A stretch of 63,733 bases of DNA, filler included, from Perkinsus chesapeaki ATCC PRA-425 (Eukaryota > Protista > Perkinsozoa), in the NCBI GenBank assembly GCA_013115145.1. It is 9 parts of 9 records of this genome, joined end to end, with 100 filler letters (N's around TTAATTAATTAA, not from the genome) between each part and the next. Parts side by side here need not be neighbours in the genome. Positions count along the whole stretch, not along the records: positions 1 to 13,142 come from JAAPAO010000798.1; positions 13,243 to 18,246 come from JAAPAO010001204.1; positions 18,347 to 25,241 come from JAAPAO010001057.1; 6 more parts are not named here. The stretch is one strand, 5' to 3'. Each line of letters begins with the position of its first letter. Positions within the stretch are counted from its first letter, which is position 1. Of this stretch, positions 11,326-24,093 are shown in pieces. Position numbers and translations under genes: made by a program. Under the pieces are notes generated by a model. It ran no database searches. It had not been told where the DNA came from and was given only the letters and a program-made list of their open reading frames with translations.

Positions 11326-13044
11326 ATGTCAGGCATTAAGCGAGCTCGTGTTGAGGAGCGTTCGAGCAGTCGAAGTGATGCTCTTATTGGGCATACTGCT
11401 GATGAGGCAAAGGCATTAATACCGAAGACACCTGAGGAGAAAACTACTGGTCAGAGGCTTATAGTGGTAAGCAGAGAAACTGATTGAAAAACCGTGAAAA
11501 TGCCAACAACGGCTTGCCATAACTTAAGGCTTATACGGGGAGAATACCACTCATTAATATATAGGCGCTTGATGGAGTTGGACGACTCCGAAGTCGTTGA
11601 CGGGTATCACTGGGGGGGCTTAACAACTTCGGATGAAGATGTGGTATAGTTAGTTGCCAACTTGTTGGGCAAACTGTATCATAGAAATGAACAGTTTAAG
11701 AAATATAATAATAATTAAATGACTAATCATTTATGACACTTAAGGCTGCTTTAATAGGTTTTGGAAAAGGCTGCCTTAGAGGTGGTCCAAGTAAAAGGAA
11801 AGTACGAGTTGTTAAATAGTGATGATCATAAGAATATATTGGCCAAGTCTGGCAAGGATATATCATCTTATCGACCGGACATCACTCATCAATGCCTGAT
11901 GATGTTATTGGACAGCCCGCTGAACAAAGCTGGCAAGTTGCTTATATACATCCATACTATGAACCATGTAATAGAGATTGCTATTGGAAATCGGGGGAAT
12001 CTCGGAAGGAAGTACAAAACACTTTTTGTTGAGCTTCTACTTGCTATAGAACTTGGCGGAAGATATCATTTTGCGGAACGCGCTCTTCGGGGCACAAAAA
12101 TTGTCCTTAATGCGAAGATATAATAGGAGATATGGGGAAGTGTTTTCAGGCGATAGAAATAGTAAACCCGCCCCTTACTTGAAAAAGTCTAGTGTTTCCC
12201 AATAAGCATGTGGTTGGGTTCATGGTTGCTGGCAGATGCTTTCAAAATTGTGATGATATTTTAATTTTCTTGCGAAATTATCTTCGTGCGATTCCTGGGT
12301 TTGGGCAGTTTAACATAAAAAGATGGAAAATAGTTTGCGGAAGTGTGGTGAATAATCTGGGTAGATGCCCGGCATGATTTGGGGAAAGTGTGGTATGAGA
12401 GCGTAGGTACTGATCGAAGTGAGTCCGGCATTGAGGATGCCACGAACATTCAAAAGATTCTCGGGCTTGATTGTGGAGTTATTGAACAAAAATAAGATAC
12501 GCGCCGCTAACAGTAATAAAAATCTTCACAGTGCGAAGGCGTATCTTTGGTTGGTATCAGGTAGTGAGATACTTATGAAGGTGATAGCTAATCCAGTCCA
12601 GAAGTACCTGCCAGCAGGAGGGATCAAATGTGGTCTGTCGGTCGATGGACGTTTGCTCAGCTGTAATGATATTGGGTACATACTTGCCTTAAGGGAGATG
12701 TTTTTGTGGCGGGGATGCTTTAGGATTGAATTAGACTCATTTCATCCAGTAAAAGCTGCTCTATAAAATATTTCGTTTTCTAGTTACTGTCATACATAAA
12801 GCCGAGAATAATTCCATAATCTATTTTCACATTTTTCGTTCCAGGAAGATTGTCTCTGGAAAATCCGCTTTCGGTTGTTAACCATTTCACGTCTTTGTTA
12901 TTTATCAGCGCTAAGAGATGGATGTCAGGTCCCCAATGGTTGAAGTCACATGATGATACTAAGGATTCTAAAGGTCGCTGTTTGATAGATACGGTACCGT
13001 TAACAGTAGTCATTGGCGCTGTTGCTCATGGAGAGCCATGCTCG
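11326..13044 (+). CDS. EMG1: 18S rRNA pseudouridine N1-methyltransferase EMG1/NEP1; 3' end lost in gap
   Basis: VLEKAALEVV..YELLNSDDH..RPDITHQCLMMLLDSPLNKAG..VLIEVSPALRMPRTFKRFSGLIVELLNKNKIRA..LMKVIANPVQKYLP..VVIGAVAHG. Confidence 0.95.
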
Positions 13045-13142
13045 GTAGGAGGAGGGGGAAAGATATCTCCTCCTACTCCGTATCACTAGTAACATATTTC
13101 CTATCAAACTCCTTTCTATTATATCTCCTCCTCCGTATCACT

Positions 13143-13242
13143 NNNNNNNNNNNNNNNNNNNNNNNNNNNNNNNNNNNNNNNNNNNNTTAATTAATTAANN
13201 NNNNNNNNNNNNNNNNNNNNNNNNNNNNNNNNNNNNNNNNNN
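13143..13242. other. Assembly gap spacer N44-TTAATTAATTAA-N44 (also 18247-18346, 25242-25341, 29758-29857, 32400-32499, 57104-57203, 61235-61334, 62580-62679)
   Basis: Identical 100-nt construct with stops in all six frames at eight sites; artificial. Confidence 0.98.
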
Positions 13243-13268
13243 ACTCTCTCTTAGCTTCGATTACTCAG

Positions 13269-14826
13269 GTATGCCATAAGCTTTGACAGTATGGCTGAGG
13301 ACGCATATCGCCTCGAAGTATTCAGGAAAAATGTGATGTTTATAGAGGAAACTAATAGAAGAAGTGAGCGATGCGTCTATACTATATTGGCGAGGCTGTA
13401 AATGTTCGCTTATCGGTTGAAGTGTGCGGATGAGATTATACAAAAGGTGTATTTAAGCCGCGGAGCCGAATTGGTCTCCCGTCAATTCAATAGTGATGAG
13501 GAATTTACTCTCCTGCATGACTCGTGCACGTGTTGTTTGGCTGGGCTCGGATGACCCTCAGATTTATCATATACGTTGGAGGTTAACAAGTTTACCGCGA
13601 TGACCCAAGAAGAGTTCACCAGAGAGATGTCTGAGCAATCGACAAGCTCGTCATTCACACACAAGGGTATCTCCTAAAGATTCAGGGTGGAAAAATCCTC
13701 TCCTTCAGTCGAAACGCCGCAAAATGACGGAGACTATATGCCAAGCAACTTCTTAGATGGCTTCCCGTCAAATCTCAACTGGGTTCAGCGAGGTGCGGTC
13801 AATAGCCCAATTGCTCAGCGTGACTGTGGTTGCTGCTACGCGATGACGACGATAGGTAACCGCAGTGGGGGGGGGGTTCGCCGACCTTGTCGCCTAACGC
13901 TGCCGTGTTGCCAATACTTACAGTCTCAGAGACAGAGTTACAGAGACTTTTGTATCTGTTAAATATGCACTTCAGGTTTGTTTGAAGCTGCATGCTGGCT
14001 GAAAACCGGCGTTCTACCTAAATTATCGGTGCAGGAGATCATTGACTGCTCGTGGGAGCAAGGCAACCAGTGAGCTTTTGTTGTGAAGGGTACACATTGG
14101 AGTTAATATTTAGAGGATGCACGAATGGGAGGCGAGGCAATGTTATTAAATATATAGAAGACTATGGTATAACATACAGTGAGTACTATCCGTACAGAGC
14201 TAAAGAGCAGATGTGCCAGATAATATTCGATAAAGCTAAGCTTGCCTTGAAAGTGAGCCTAACGCTCGAATAGCAGGGGTTTCCCTGGTACGCCTTTCTC
14301 AGCCTGGAGACACATCAAGCGATGATGTCATCACTGTCCCACCAACGGATCTCGGAGGCCTCTTCCTTCCATTACAGAAAGGCCCCATCTCCGTTGGTAT
14401 TGACGCTTCGCCCGAACAGTGGAAGTCGTACAAAGGAGGCATCCTTGGATGTAAGTCACCTATTTTGATAAAGCCAGTAATTCAATGCAGCCTTCCCTTG
14501 CCAAAGCCAACCGACTCATGAAGTTCTTCTTGTTGGTTATGGTGTAGAGAAAGGACAAAGGCAAGTCTAACGACCACCAAGAACTCTGTGAACTATTCGA
14601 TAGTTACTGGGTTATAAGAAATAGCTGGGGAACTGACTGGGGGGAAGGTGGGTATGCTAGGATTATTAGAGATCCCAAGGCCAAATGGGGAGCGGGTACG
14701 AATAAGGTTGCTAATGGGACTCGACATCATGAATCTCCGGGAATTTCAGGCTTCTGCAATATCATGTATTACTCTGGCCTGCAAATATCGTTTAAAGGCC
14801 AAATGTCGCCCAATGCGTGCCGTTGA
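13269..14826 (+). CDS. Papain-family (C1A) cysteine protease with I29 propeptide, copy A; first exon in gap
   Basis: ERFNIN-like [20 protein letters not shown]; catalytic [20 protein letters not shown] and [17 protein letters not shown]. Confidence 0.92.
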
Positions 14827-16689
14827 GGTGATCCTTTCTCGAGTAGATAGACTTGAGGACTGTTGGCGGTCATCGTTGGTAGAGTATAAGTCCATTTTAC
14901 TCGCCTTCATTCGGTCTCATGTCTGCCAGGTCTATCGTGCTTTCTTGAGGTACACGCATGCTTTAGCTCACTCAGTTGGCAGATGTCTCTAACAGAGGCG
15001 TTATAACACATTTCCGAAGCTCGGCAATGTGGTTATCACAGTCCGACTTCCATTTGATAAACCTTTTTCATGAGATTTTAACGGTAATGCGTTCAGTTCA
15101 GGGCAAAGCAGCAGAACATTTCTGGAAATGGAAATGCCATATCCGTATTCAACATCTATAGATTGCCTTTCGGCCCACTCAGTAACAAAAGGTTCTCTTC
15201 TGGGCGAGTAAAAAATACTCGACTTGTCCTAGGCCTCGGTTTCCGATCGATCTCACGCTCATGAAAGCGTAATAGTGCTAATACGATATCTTACAAGAAC
15301 GGCCAATGAGTTCAGAATACACCGATTTATCCTTTGTCTTCAGAAGCGTATAGCTCACGGATTAGCATGCAACTGATGTTCACACCTAAGAATGATCCAT
15401 GTCTACTAAACCAGCCTGTGTCTGAGACACAGTGTCTCCCTGTATGATGACTGAATGGCAAAGTTACTTAGGATGATTTTTAGCTGTTGGCAGCCGGCCT
15501 TCGTTGAAGACCGGGGTGCACGGACTCGAATCTTTTTAATTGCTCGAACTTCTCCCTGAGACTTTAACAGCAATGCGTTCATTCCAGGGCGAGCACATGC
15601 ACCAATCGCAGACTCAACGCTTTCGGGTAACCTTCGCACACTTCGCAAATACAAGTACTTAACTTCAGCAATCTCCGCTCCTCCTCATGGCATCTGTTGC
15701 TATTGGAGCTTGTTCTTCTTCGTGGATTGAGCTTTTCCGGCTTCTGGCGGGATTATACCGAGAAGCTTTGCCAAACATCACATTACTAATTTACAGTATG
15801 CAGAATGTCCAACACTCATGCAAAGCAATCTAGCCTGCCGCATATAACATCACCGAGCGTCGTCTCACACTCAACACAGTACCTTCAACGAAGTGTGACA
15901 CAGACAATTGCAGTACTCCTTACAAGAGACCAGTTGGTCATACCTTCGCGTTCGATATGAATGCTGCCCTTTCGGTCATCAAAGACTGGTCATGATTCTG
16001 TGACAAGTCCAGTACTGTCTCCGGGTATTAGTACAGTACTTGTAGTTCTGACTACAGTACCATCATGGTGCACTCCTGAGGTCACGTTCACCATCATTAT
16101 CTCTCGTATACATAGGCATACTGGACATGTGTGGCATGCGGGAGTGAGAGCAGACGACTGAACGAAACCGGAGAGAACCTACTGAACAATATGCGAGGAG
16201 GCGAAGGTTGAGACAGGGTGTGACGGCGTAACAGCGACGCCGAGGGTAACGTGTGGTGGGAACGAAGTGGCACGTATCTCCATTTTACCCCAAAGCATAG
16301 CTCGTTCTTGCTGAGGCTCTCAAAAAAGCACTGGACCTGCTGCGTGAGGCTCACATTAACTCTACGGCGAGAATGATGCGGCCTGGATGGGGTCGCATGA
16401 AGGAGCGCAGAACTCCCTCGGGTCACCGCACTGAGTCTGTGACGCTCCCCGTCTATGTTTGTACCAGAAAAACAGTCTTTAAGTTTACCCAAGACCTGTT
16501 TCTCATGTGGTACAACAAAACGGCTCACCAAAGGACATATCAATGGGTCTTATGTACAAGTGGATTGACGACTCAGTCAATAGTATTGGTCTGTTAACGT
16601 GCACACGTGTGGGAGACATTTACATGGCGCCATCATTATATCATTCTGCCTGATTGCCATTCACGTTACGTTCTTGGTGAATATCATCG

Positions 16690-18174
16690 ATGAAGGCTCG
16701 ACAATTTCCGGATTGTCGCTTGATCCTGATTGTGGCTGGTGTCCTTCCTGCTTACTTAGCATCGGGAGCAGACGACTCTGGCATTATCGGTAGATATGCT
16801 GCTTTCAAAAATAAGTAAGAATTAGGTCGTGTCGGCCAACCCAGTCGCTCCCTTTCAGTTTCGATTACTCAGGTATGCCATAAGTTTTGACAGTATGGCT
16901 GAGGACGCATATCGCCTCGAAGTATTCAGGAAGAATGCGATGTTTATAGAGGAAACTAATAGAAAGAGTGGGTGATTCGTTTATATCATCTTCGCGAGGT
17001 TTGCAAATGTTTGCTAGTTAGTGGAAGTGTATGACTGAGATATACAATAGATGTATTAAAGCTACAGAATCTAATTAGTCTTTTGTTCGTTTCGGTATTG
17101 ATGAGGATTTCCCTCAGATTTATCATACAAGTTGGAGATTAACCAGTTTACTGCGATGACCCAAGAAGAGTTTGCCAGGAAGATGTCACGAGGAAGACGG
17201 CACTCGACAAGCTCGTCATTCACACGCGAAGGTATGAGGGGTATTTCCTGAAGATTCGAAGTGTGCCAGTTGGCTGCTTCAGTCAGCACTCTGCGAAACA
17301 ACAGTCATTCTCCGTCCAACAACTCCCTGGGTGACTTCCCATCGGATCTGAGCTGGGTTAAAATGGGCGCTGTTAATCCTCCGATCAAGCAGGGTGACTG
17401 CGGCAGTTGCTACGCGATAGCAACGTTAGGTAAATAGACTTGGGCAGCGCGACGGACTAATCGTACAATCAGCAAGTAACCGATACCTGTGCTCCCTACT
17501 GGGACGCTAATGTATCTCCAATGTATACGCTCTTTCAGGAGCCGTTGAAGCCGCATGCTGGCTGAGAACTGGTGTTCTGCCTAGACTGTCGGTTCAGGAA
17601 ATCCTCGATTGCTCATGGGAGCAAGGCAACGAGTAAGCCTTGAGCTGAGGCATGCGTATTGAGGTTTATCATCAGGGGATGTGCGACAGGGACGCGATCG
17701 AACGTCATCAAATATATAGAAGACTATGGTATGATGCAGAATGAGTACTATCCTTACAAAGCTGAAGACCAAATGTGCAAGATGATATCCGATATGTCTA
17801 AGCTATGCTTGAAAGTGAGCTCGACGCCAGAATATGGTCTTCATGTGATATGGGTTTCTCAGCGTGGAGACCTAACGAGCAATGATGTCATTAGGGTCGA
17901 GCCAGGAGACTTGGAAGGTCTTTTCGGTCAGCTGCAGAAGGGTCCCATGGTCGTGATTGTTGACGCTGAATCCAGAGAGTGGCAATCATACAAAGGAGGG
18001 ATTCTTGAATGTGAGTGGCCTTTCTTAGGGGCGCCAGTAATTCATCTCAGCCTTCCCTTGCCAAAGGGGGCCTGAACATACGGTCCTTCTTGTCGGTTAT
18101 GGGGTAGAGAAGGGAAAAAGGCAAGGCCGTCTCTCATCATAACTTTCGTGAACCATCCGATAGTTACTGGGTTA
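16690..18174 (+). CDS. Papain-family (C1A) cysteine protease, copy B (tandem paralog); homology stops just before the catalytic Asn
   Basis: Signal-like MKARQFPDCRLILIVAGVLPAYLASG; same intron positions as copy A; QGDCGSCYA and PEHTVLLVGYG. After TACTGGGTTA (18174) the sequence no longer matches IRNSWG. Confidence 0.88.
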
Positions 18175-18346
18175 GTGAGGTTTACGAAGTAGACAAGTTT
18201 AGTTGTGGTCGTCAATAAGCGGCACGCGTGCACGGACAGCACGTCGNNNNNNNNNNNNNNNNNNNNNNNNNNNNNNNNNNNNNNNNNNNNTTAATTAATT
18301 AANNNNNNNNNNNNNNNNNNNNNNNNNNNNNNNNNNNNNNNNNNNN

Positions 18347-18458
18347 ATAGTCCTATACTACTATCCCCTTATATAGTCCTATACTACTATCCCCTTATAT
18401 AGTCCTATACTACTATCCCTTTATATAGTCCTATACTACTATCCCCTTATATAGTCCC
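18347..18458. repeat. 26-bp minisatellite, about 4.3 copies, abutting a gap
   Basis: Unit atagtcctatactactatccccttat, period 26. Confidence 0.95.
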
Positions 18459-18471
18459 TTATATTACTTAT

Positions 18472-18640
18472 CTTTCCTCCTTGTATTGCCCTTTCCCCTT
18501 TAATATTATAATCTTGTGGACTAGGTGTCTCAGCCCCTATACGTATCCGTTCATCAATAGATCTGTCGGGTACTCGAAAATACTTATTGGATGACCAAGA
18601 CATAAATTCAAACCCTACATGTGTGTTATACGAAACTGCG
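18472..18640 (-). CDS. Exon fragment of a probable SHIPPO/STPG-repeat (ODF3-like) flagellar protein
   Basis: RVPDRSIDERIRIGAETPSPQDYNIKGERAIQGGKIS resembles the TPGPxxY..GGxIS repeat. A GTAATA donor leads into the 26-bp repeat intron. Confidence 0.4.
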
Positions 18641-19699
18641 CTGCTCGACCTGTATGCGTTGGGGAAATGTAAGAACCAATAAGAGAGCAAGATTCTACTG
18701 CACGCTTGAGTTGTTGAATGTTACTTTTTTCTCAGCTTTTTTCACGTGAATCACTTGCTAGACTTTCAGGATCATTCTGGCGACTTGAAATTCCACTTAT
18801 GGACCTCCCACAGCATTTGGGAATACCAGCCAAATGGTGCGGGTATGCCGCCTTGCCGCGACCACGTATAAGACCCGAACCTACCGCGACTGGTGAGGAC
18901 CAAGCGCACCACTGTTTATCGATCACAGCGTGTTTAGGGTGTGTCTATGCTTTACCAGACCACTTAGAACCGAGACCCATTATAATAGGGAAAGTGGCGT
19001 CAATTAAGAAAGGCAAGCGGCAAAAGGTCACAAACTCAAATCGACTTTGGTGACTAGACCCTCCTGCAGGTGGGCCTTGCCGACCAGCGAGATAGAGCAT
19101 GCAGCGAACCCCCTCGGCCGTCCTTTAGAGATACTCTTGGATCTTCGTTCGATCCCCAAGTTATCATGTCACAATTCTTACCGGTAGAAGCCCATTGCTT
19201 AATATCAAATATTGATATCATGTAGACACATAAATCCCTCGACACAGTGACTGCAGTAATAGCGGAGACAGCTAAGCATCGCACACAATTGATGACCGGG
19301 CCTAGTGTAAGAGAGCAACGACTGGCCGCACTGAGGGCCACCAGAAGGGCCACCAAAGGGGTATGACAGAAGAGCCAATGGTTCACTGAGTATAGTATTG
19401 TTAGATATTCGGGTGTAATGCCCCACCGTGGAGGGAGGGGGACCTTAGGGTGAGTTGGCTCCGCCTGACCTGAGGGGAATGTGATGTGGTCAGGCCAGAG
19501 AAAAGGCAAGAGATAGACTAATCAATCCGGGTAAATGGAGACTTATTGATCATCGAGAGGAGGTCGATAGGAAGGCAGTGCTGAAGCGACGCGTAGATAA
19601 GTAAGCAGTAGTAGCGGTTTAATGCTACCATTACTTCTATCCAACTGCATGTGTTATATTATATCATACCTGCACTAAATCCTTCTAACCTATTTTTCC

Positions 19700-22050
19700 G
19701 AGCTGCTGTCTAAATGTATGGCGAGGATCAGTTAATGAATGTTCTCGACTACCAATACCATGCCGAAGTCACCGGTATGTTACATTCGCTTTGGTATCCG
19801 TCGAATGATCTCGGCAACTACTCACCAACCATGATACTCCACACCATCTGAAGGCCAGTCTCAAAGCCTTCTGCGCGCCGTAACGGAGAGCTCATTTGGA
19901 AAGAATGCATTGAGCCAGCAGCTTGTGAATCTTGTAAGGTACGGAGCGTATTTTGCCAAACTGCGGGCAGATTCTGCTGCTGCTGCTTTTACTGGTGATG
20001 ATGCTAAAGCGCCTTCTTTGCCATGATATATTGACTTTGTCGAATGATATGGACCTAAGGCTCGAGTTAGTCTGTTAATGAGGTTACCAATTCTTCATTA
20101 TTATTGGACTTATTTTGATGAACTGTGGGCGATTTTCTAAACTTGTATACCCGGCGATAGCAATAATTGTGCAACGAAACTTAGAACGAGCCCTCTCAGA
20201 GAACACTCTTGGCCTACCTGCCGAATCCGTAGCCGATACGCGGCGGCGGGTCACGAGGGCTACAGGGAGGGTCCAGCTTGGGAACGCCTCTGGCATTTCA
20301 GGCGGGATCCAATAATACATGATATTGGAGATGATATAGTGTTTTACTGTACTCATCATTATTTTTGTAAATTCCATTCGAGGCAACATTCCTCCCACTA
20401 GGCTGATATTCAGCCAGTTTAGCCAGTGTATAGGGTAATTTGCTTACCCCTGAACCACCCAAGACGCGTAGAGACATGTTTATGTACCATAACATTACAA
20501 GGCGAAGTCCCCAACCCGCCTAGGGTTGGGGGCCTAGCCACCATTGTCTTTATACGTAATGTAGGATATGATTAAGTATGTATACGGACTTGCCGTAGCA
20601 ACAGTAGTGTATGGCGTGTTGAAGGGGTGTTCATCACTACTGCAGTACTAAGTCTATTGATGTGGTCAATACCTTCACCATTCCCCGGCCTACTTGGCTC
20701 TACAACTCAGCCACCACCGCCGCCTTGGATGCCTACACATCCAGGTCATCAGCCAGCCTCACAAGGCATCCCCAAGTAGCTAACGTGGAGGCGGCTGTCC
20801 AATACCATTTGGTTAGTCAACACCAAAGAGGCGGATATCTCCGCCCGGTCAACTCGCCTCCCTTTCCACCATCAAAAGCACCAGTGCTGCTCTCGAGCTA
20901 TCAATCAGTGCCGTCTAGGACTCAAGGACAGGCCGATGACCGGTCAGGGTAGGCAGCTAGCGGTGTCGGCTATACGCCATTGTCGATAGAATGGTGATGG
21001 CCCCGCCTCGAATGGTTGTCCGACCTGCCTCGTATAAGGGCAGTACGACGATTGCATCTCGAGGAAGCGACGCAGAACCGCCTATACCAAGATACGCCGA
21101 ACATTACAAGCCCAAGCACGCAGACGGGGAGCTAGTGAGTAAGCATCTTAGTATGGTCCACAGAAGTGATCGGTCAATATATTAGCTGCTCCGAAAGGAA
21201 CCCCCTCTACCCTGTCTGTGCTCTCAAAGACGTCGTCACCTACCCCCAGCGCGGTCACGTCTCTTCCCTCGTACACGCCGGTGATAGAGGCATCTAAACC
21301 TGTAGAGGAAAAACGCAAGTCTAGCGGCAGCAGCCATATCAGCCAATTGTAGGGGGAGTTGCCGGGCTAAGGCCAGAGATGGTGATCAGATCTCAACCGA
21401 GTACCGTCCAGTGCGCAACGCAGCACCGTCGGGGAGCTCTGGCATCAACCATGCCGTCTCGTAGTCCGCCCGGAGGAAGCAGATTCGAGGCACTATTCCA
21501 AGATGCACTCAATCGGCAGGAACGTCAGCGGTAGGGAATTGTCTGACACTTGGTGGCGCATTCTTGGAGTAGGACACGCAAAGAGGAGTTCGAGCGCATG
21601 GAGAAGGGGGATCTCCAAGATGACCAGAAGGATAAACACCAGCAACAGAAGTACCTTTGGAAGGCCACAAGATCAACAGTGGACCGTTTGCAGTCCCCTC
21701 GATATCGCCAGATTCAAGCAAAGTGTTGACTCGGACGTGCGTGCAAGGCAGGAGAGGAAGGCTCGTCGAGAAGCTCAGCGCATCAAAGAGAGCTGCGCCA
21801 AGGCCGAGGAGGACGTGGGTGGCAGCTGGTATCGGCTAGCATAATAATGCGTTAAACCTTTGTAGCTGAAAGAGTGTACATTTCGTCCCACCATAACGAA
21901 GGGCAATCGGCGACGGTCAAGCATGGGGCGCTCTTCAGCATCATCATCGATATTTGCAGATTGGGATATGTCCTATGTACGACAGCCTGTCGAATCACCG
22001 AAATAAAGCGCAGGTATCCGGTCGTAGAGGGTCCCTATCTGGCTGTTACT
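19700..22050 (-). mobile_element. Heavily decayed non-LTR (LINE-like) retrotransposon remnant
   Basis: Motif fragments occur in the expected order on the minus strand, broken by stops and frameshifts: endonuclease-like LRFISV..STVDLVAF..VSDNSLPL (about 21500-22050), RT-like IDRSLLWTILR (about 21150-21180), LADDL (about 20740-20757), SLRVLG (about 20460-20478), then VKHYIISNIMYY. Confidence 0.45.
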
Positions 22051-22899
22051 CTCCCAGCTCAACCTTCGGTAACCTCATGGCCACCTTACTTCTCCTTTAG
22101 GATTCCTCAGGTTCGAGCCCGATAGGGAGGTCTCCGATCGCCAGCAGTCAAGTGAGCCCTAGATTGATGCCAAAGGGTAGGCCGAGTGCCAGCCGTACTG
22201 TTCGAAGGGTAAGTCCCTCCAAGTCGGGATATTATCCAGCCGTCCCGGTCAGCAATCGGTCAGCAGCCTGCTCTCGATTGAGGAGAACATGTCACCACCT
22301 CGAAGAAGTAAAAAGGTTGTTCTCACACACAGCTGGGATCTTCGGATCTCATTTTCAGTGTCCTATGTTGGTTCCCCGCGCCCTTCTGTAGCTTCACAGC
22401 TTTCTCCTCGCTCTCCGAGCTTGCTGGGCGACAGTGTAATCCGGGAGTGTCGAGAAGTACGTCTGTCATCACTGTGTCAAGTAGCATGCTTTTGCTCAGT
22501 TACGTCGCCGTCTGGACGTTGGGCCACCGCCGTTGAGGGCATCAAGCTTGCCGCTTGAAAAAGGTCCGTTAGCTCTTTGGGTTATGGGCGAGCTTCTGGT
22601 AGCGGTGGCTCGCTGAATACCGATCTCAGATGCTGCGACATAAGATGGTCGGTAGAGGTGAAAGAGGCAATTTGCCACGTACTCCTCAAATCACATGTTA
22701 ATTCGTAATGCAGCATGCTCGCAAGATTATTAATATGTTTTCCGTAAAGAACAACCTGTTGGGCAAGTTGACCACCCTTCTGCGTCGTACGCGTGTTCAA
22801 CCTGCGTCGCTCTACGTATCCTTGTAAGCACCATTTTACCGAGTAAGATGGAAACGAGTGGTTCTAGAATTACCGTCTACAAGTATATGTGCCTACATT

Positions 22900-23170
22900 C
22901 AACATCTATGCCACCAAGACTAGGGACGCGAGTCCCTTCAGCAAATACTATCAAGCCATCGTATCTACTCAAACATTTAGCTAATCGAATGCGTGCATCC
23001 TGCATCAACCGCAAATTCCCTCCCTCAACCTTCTTAATTGGGGTGCGTTTGGAGCATGTAGATATCCTCATAAGTCTGAGCTATAGAGAGTTGTTGTTTT
23101 ATCGGTAAAGAGGCTCGACGTAGCCTACATCAGAAGGCTTTCTCGCATAACGAAGCGTCGCACGTCTCGC
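22900..23170 (-). pseudogene. Possible glycerolipid acyltransferase (PlsC-like) fragment
   Basis: RRFVMRESLL and GLIVFAEGTR resemble PlsC motifs II and III. No start codon or HxxxxD motif found, and there is an upstream in-frame stop. Confidence 0.3.
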
Positions 23171-23186
23171 GGGTACTGCCGAATTC

Positions 23187-23204
23187 CGCGTCACATGTGA
23201 CGCG
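23187..23204. promoter_or_regulatory. 18-bp palindrome cgcGTCACatGTGACgcg, candidate cis-element
   Basis: Perfect palindrome 34 nt upstream of the KH gene ATG. Confidence 0.3.
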
Positions 23205-23238
23205 CCCAACCTAAACCCATTTCACAAGTCGCCGTATA

Positions 23239-24093
23239 ATGAGTATGCTACCTTATCCGGAAACGTCCCATCAAACGTGGAGGCCACCCCCGGTGAGTCG
23301 AAGGCAGCGAGGTTCGAGCTATGCTACTGTCCGCCAACTGTCACTTTTAAAAGACATACTTTTCGAGAACGGCCCGCTGTGGTTGAAAATTCTCATCACT
23401 GAGAGGACGGCTGGTACGCTTATTGGTGTGGGGGGCTCTTCGGTTTTTGCTGTTGAAGAATCGACGGCAACTGCCCTTCGCATATCCTCAAAGAAGGTGT
23501 ATTTTCCTGGTACCAACAGACGCATAATGGTTATCGCAGCTCCTGGAGAAGAGCCTTTAAATGCATCATTAGAAAAGATACTGCAAACCCATATTATTGT
23601 TGAACCAGAAGAAGATGGGGTCTACATATCGGTTCGCAGCAAGGCTGCAATAGAACTTGCTGAACGCGCTCTATCTTTCGTTCACCCCCTTCAATTCTCA
23701 CCAACGGTCAACGGTGAGTATATCATTCGAGTCCCTATTAATAAGAATAGGTCACCATCTGTCTTGGTCTCGGCGGTTTCTCGGATAGCCTGTGCTATCC
23801 AGGCTGATCAGTCAAGTACTTACTTCAATCGCCATATAGACTACAACGCTACTACGGGCATTGTAAACAAGCAGCAGGTGGAAGCAAACAACTATTTCTG
23901 CTCAATGGTTATAGAATTGCCTTGCTCTCATCCTGTTGTCCTCGAGAGTAAGGTATTCGAACAAGACGACGGTCTCAAGGCCACGGTTATTCGTCTTGAT
24001 ATTGGTGATAATAGAAGAGCGGCAGTCGTTCTTAAAGGACAGCTTGCCCGGGTTCACGAGGCTCTTTCAAGTCTTTTCGTATCGGATGAATAA
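23239..24093 (+). CDS. KH-domain RNA-binding protein (NOVA/PCBP-like first KH)
   Basis: LKILITERTAGTLIGVGGSSVFAVEESTATALRISSKKVYFPGTNRRIMVI matches a type I KH domain with GxxG and the YFPGT signature. The later part is divergent and may contain introns. Confidence 0.75.
   Translation: MSMLPYPETSHQTWRPPPVSRRQRGSSYATVRQLSLLKDILFENGPLWLKILITERTAGTLIGVGGSSVFAVEESTATALRISSKKVYFPGTNRRIMVIAAPGEEPLNASLEKILQTHIIVEPEEDGVYISVRSKAAIELAERALSFVHPLQFSPTVNGEYIIRVPINKNRSPSVLVSAVSRIACAIQADQSSTYFNRHIDYNATTGIVNKQQVEANNYFCSMVIELPCSHPVVLESKVFEQDDGLKATVIRLDIGDNRRAAVVLKGQLARVHEALSSLFVSDE

Noticed and set aside
11467-12405. snoRNA in the two long EMG1 introns
   Set aside because: Short hairpins and one GTGATGA were seen, but no properly spaced D box, terminal stem or H/ACA layout; an Infernal search would be needed.
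13187-13198. TTAATTAATTAA repeated eight times in the window
   Set aside because: Always centred in N44..N44. It is an assembly spacer, and ORFs ending there (25290, 57156, 61279) have artificial ends.
16097-16543. 148-aa minus-strand ORF between the proteases
   Set aside because: No motif, low-complexity tail and no splice support.
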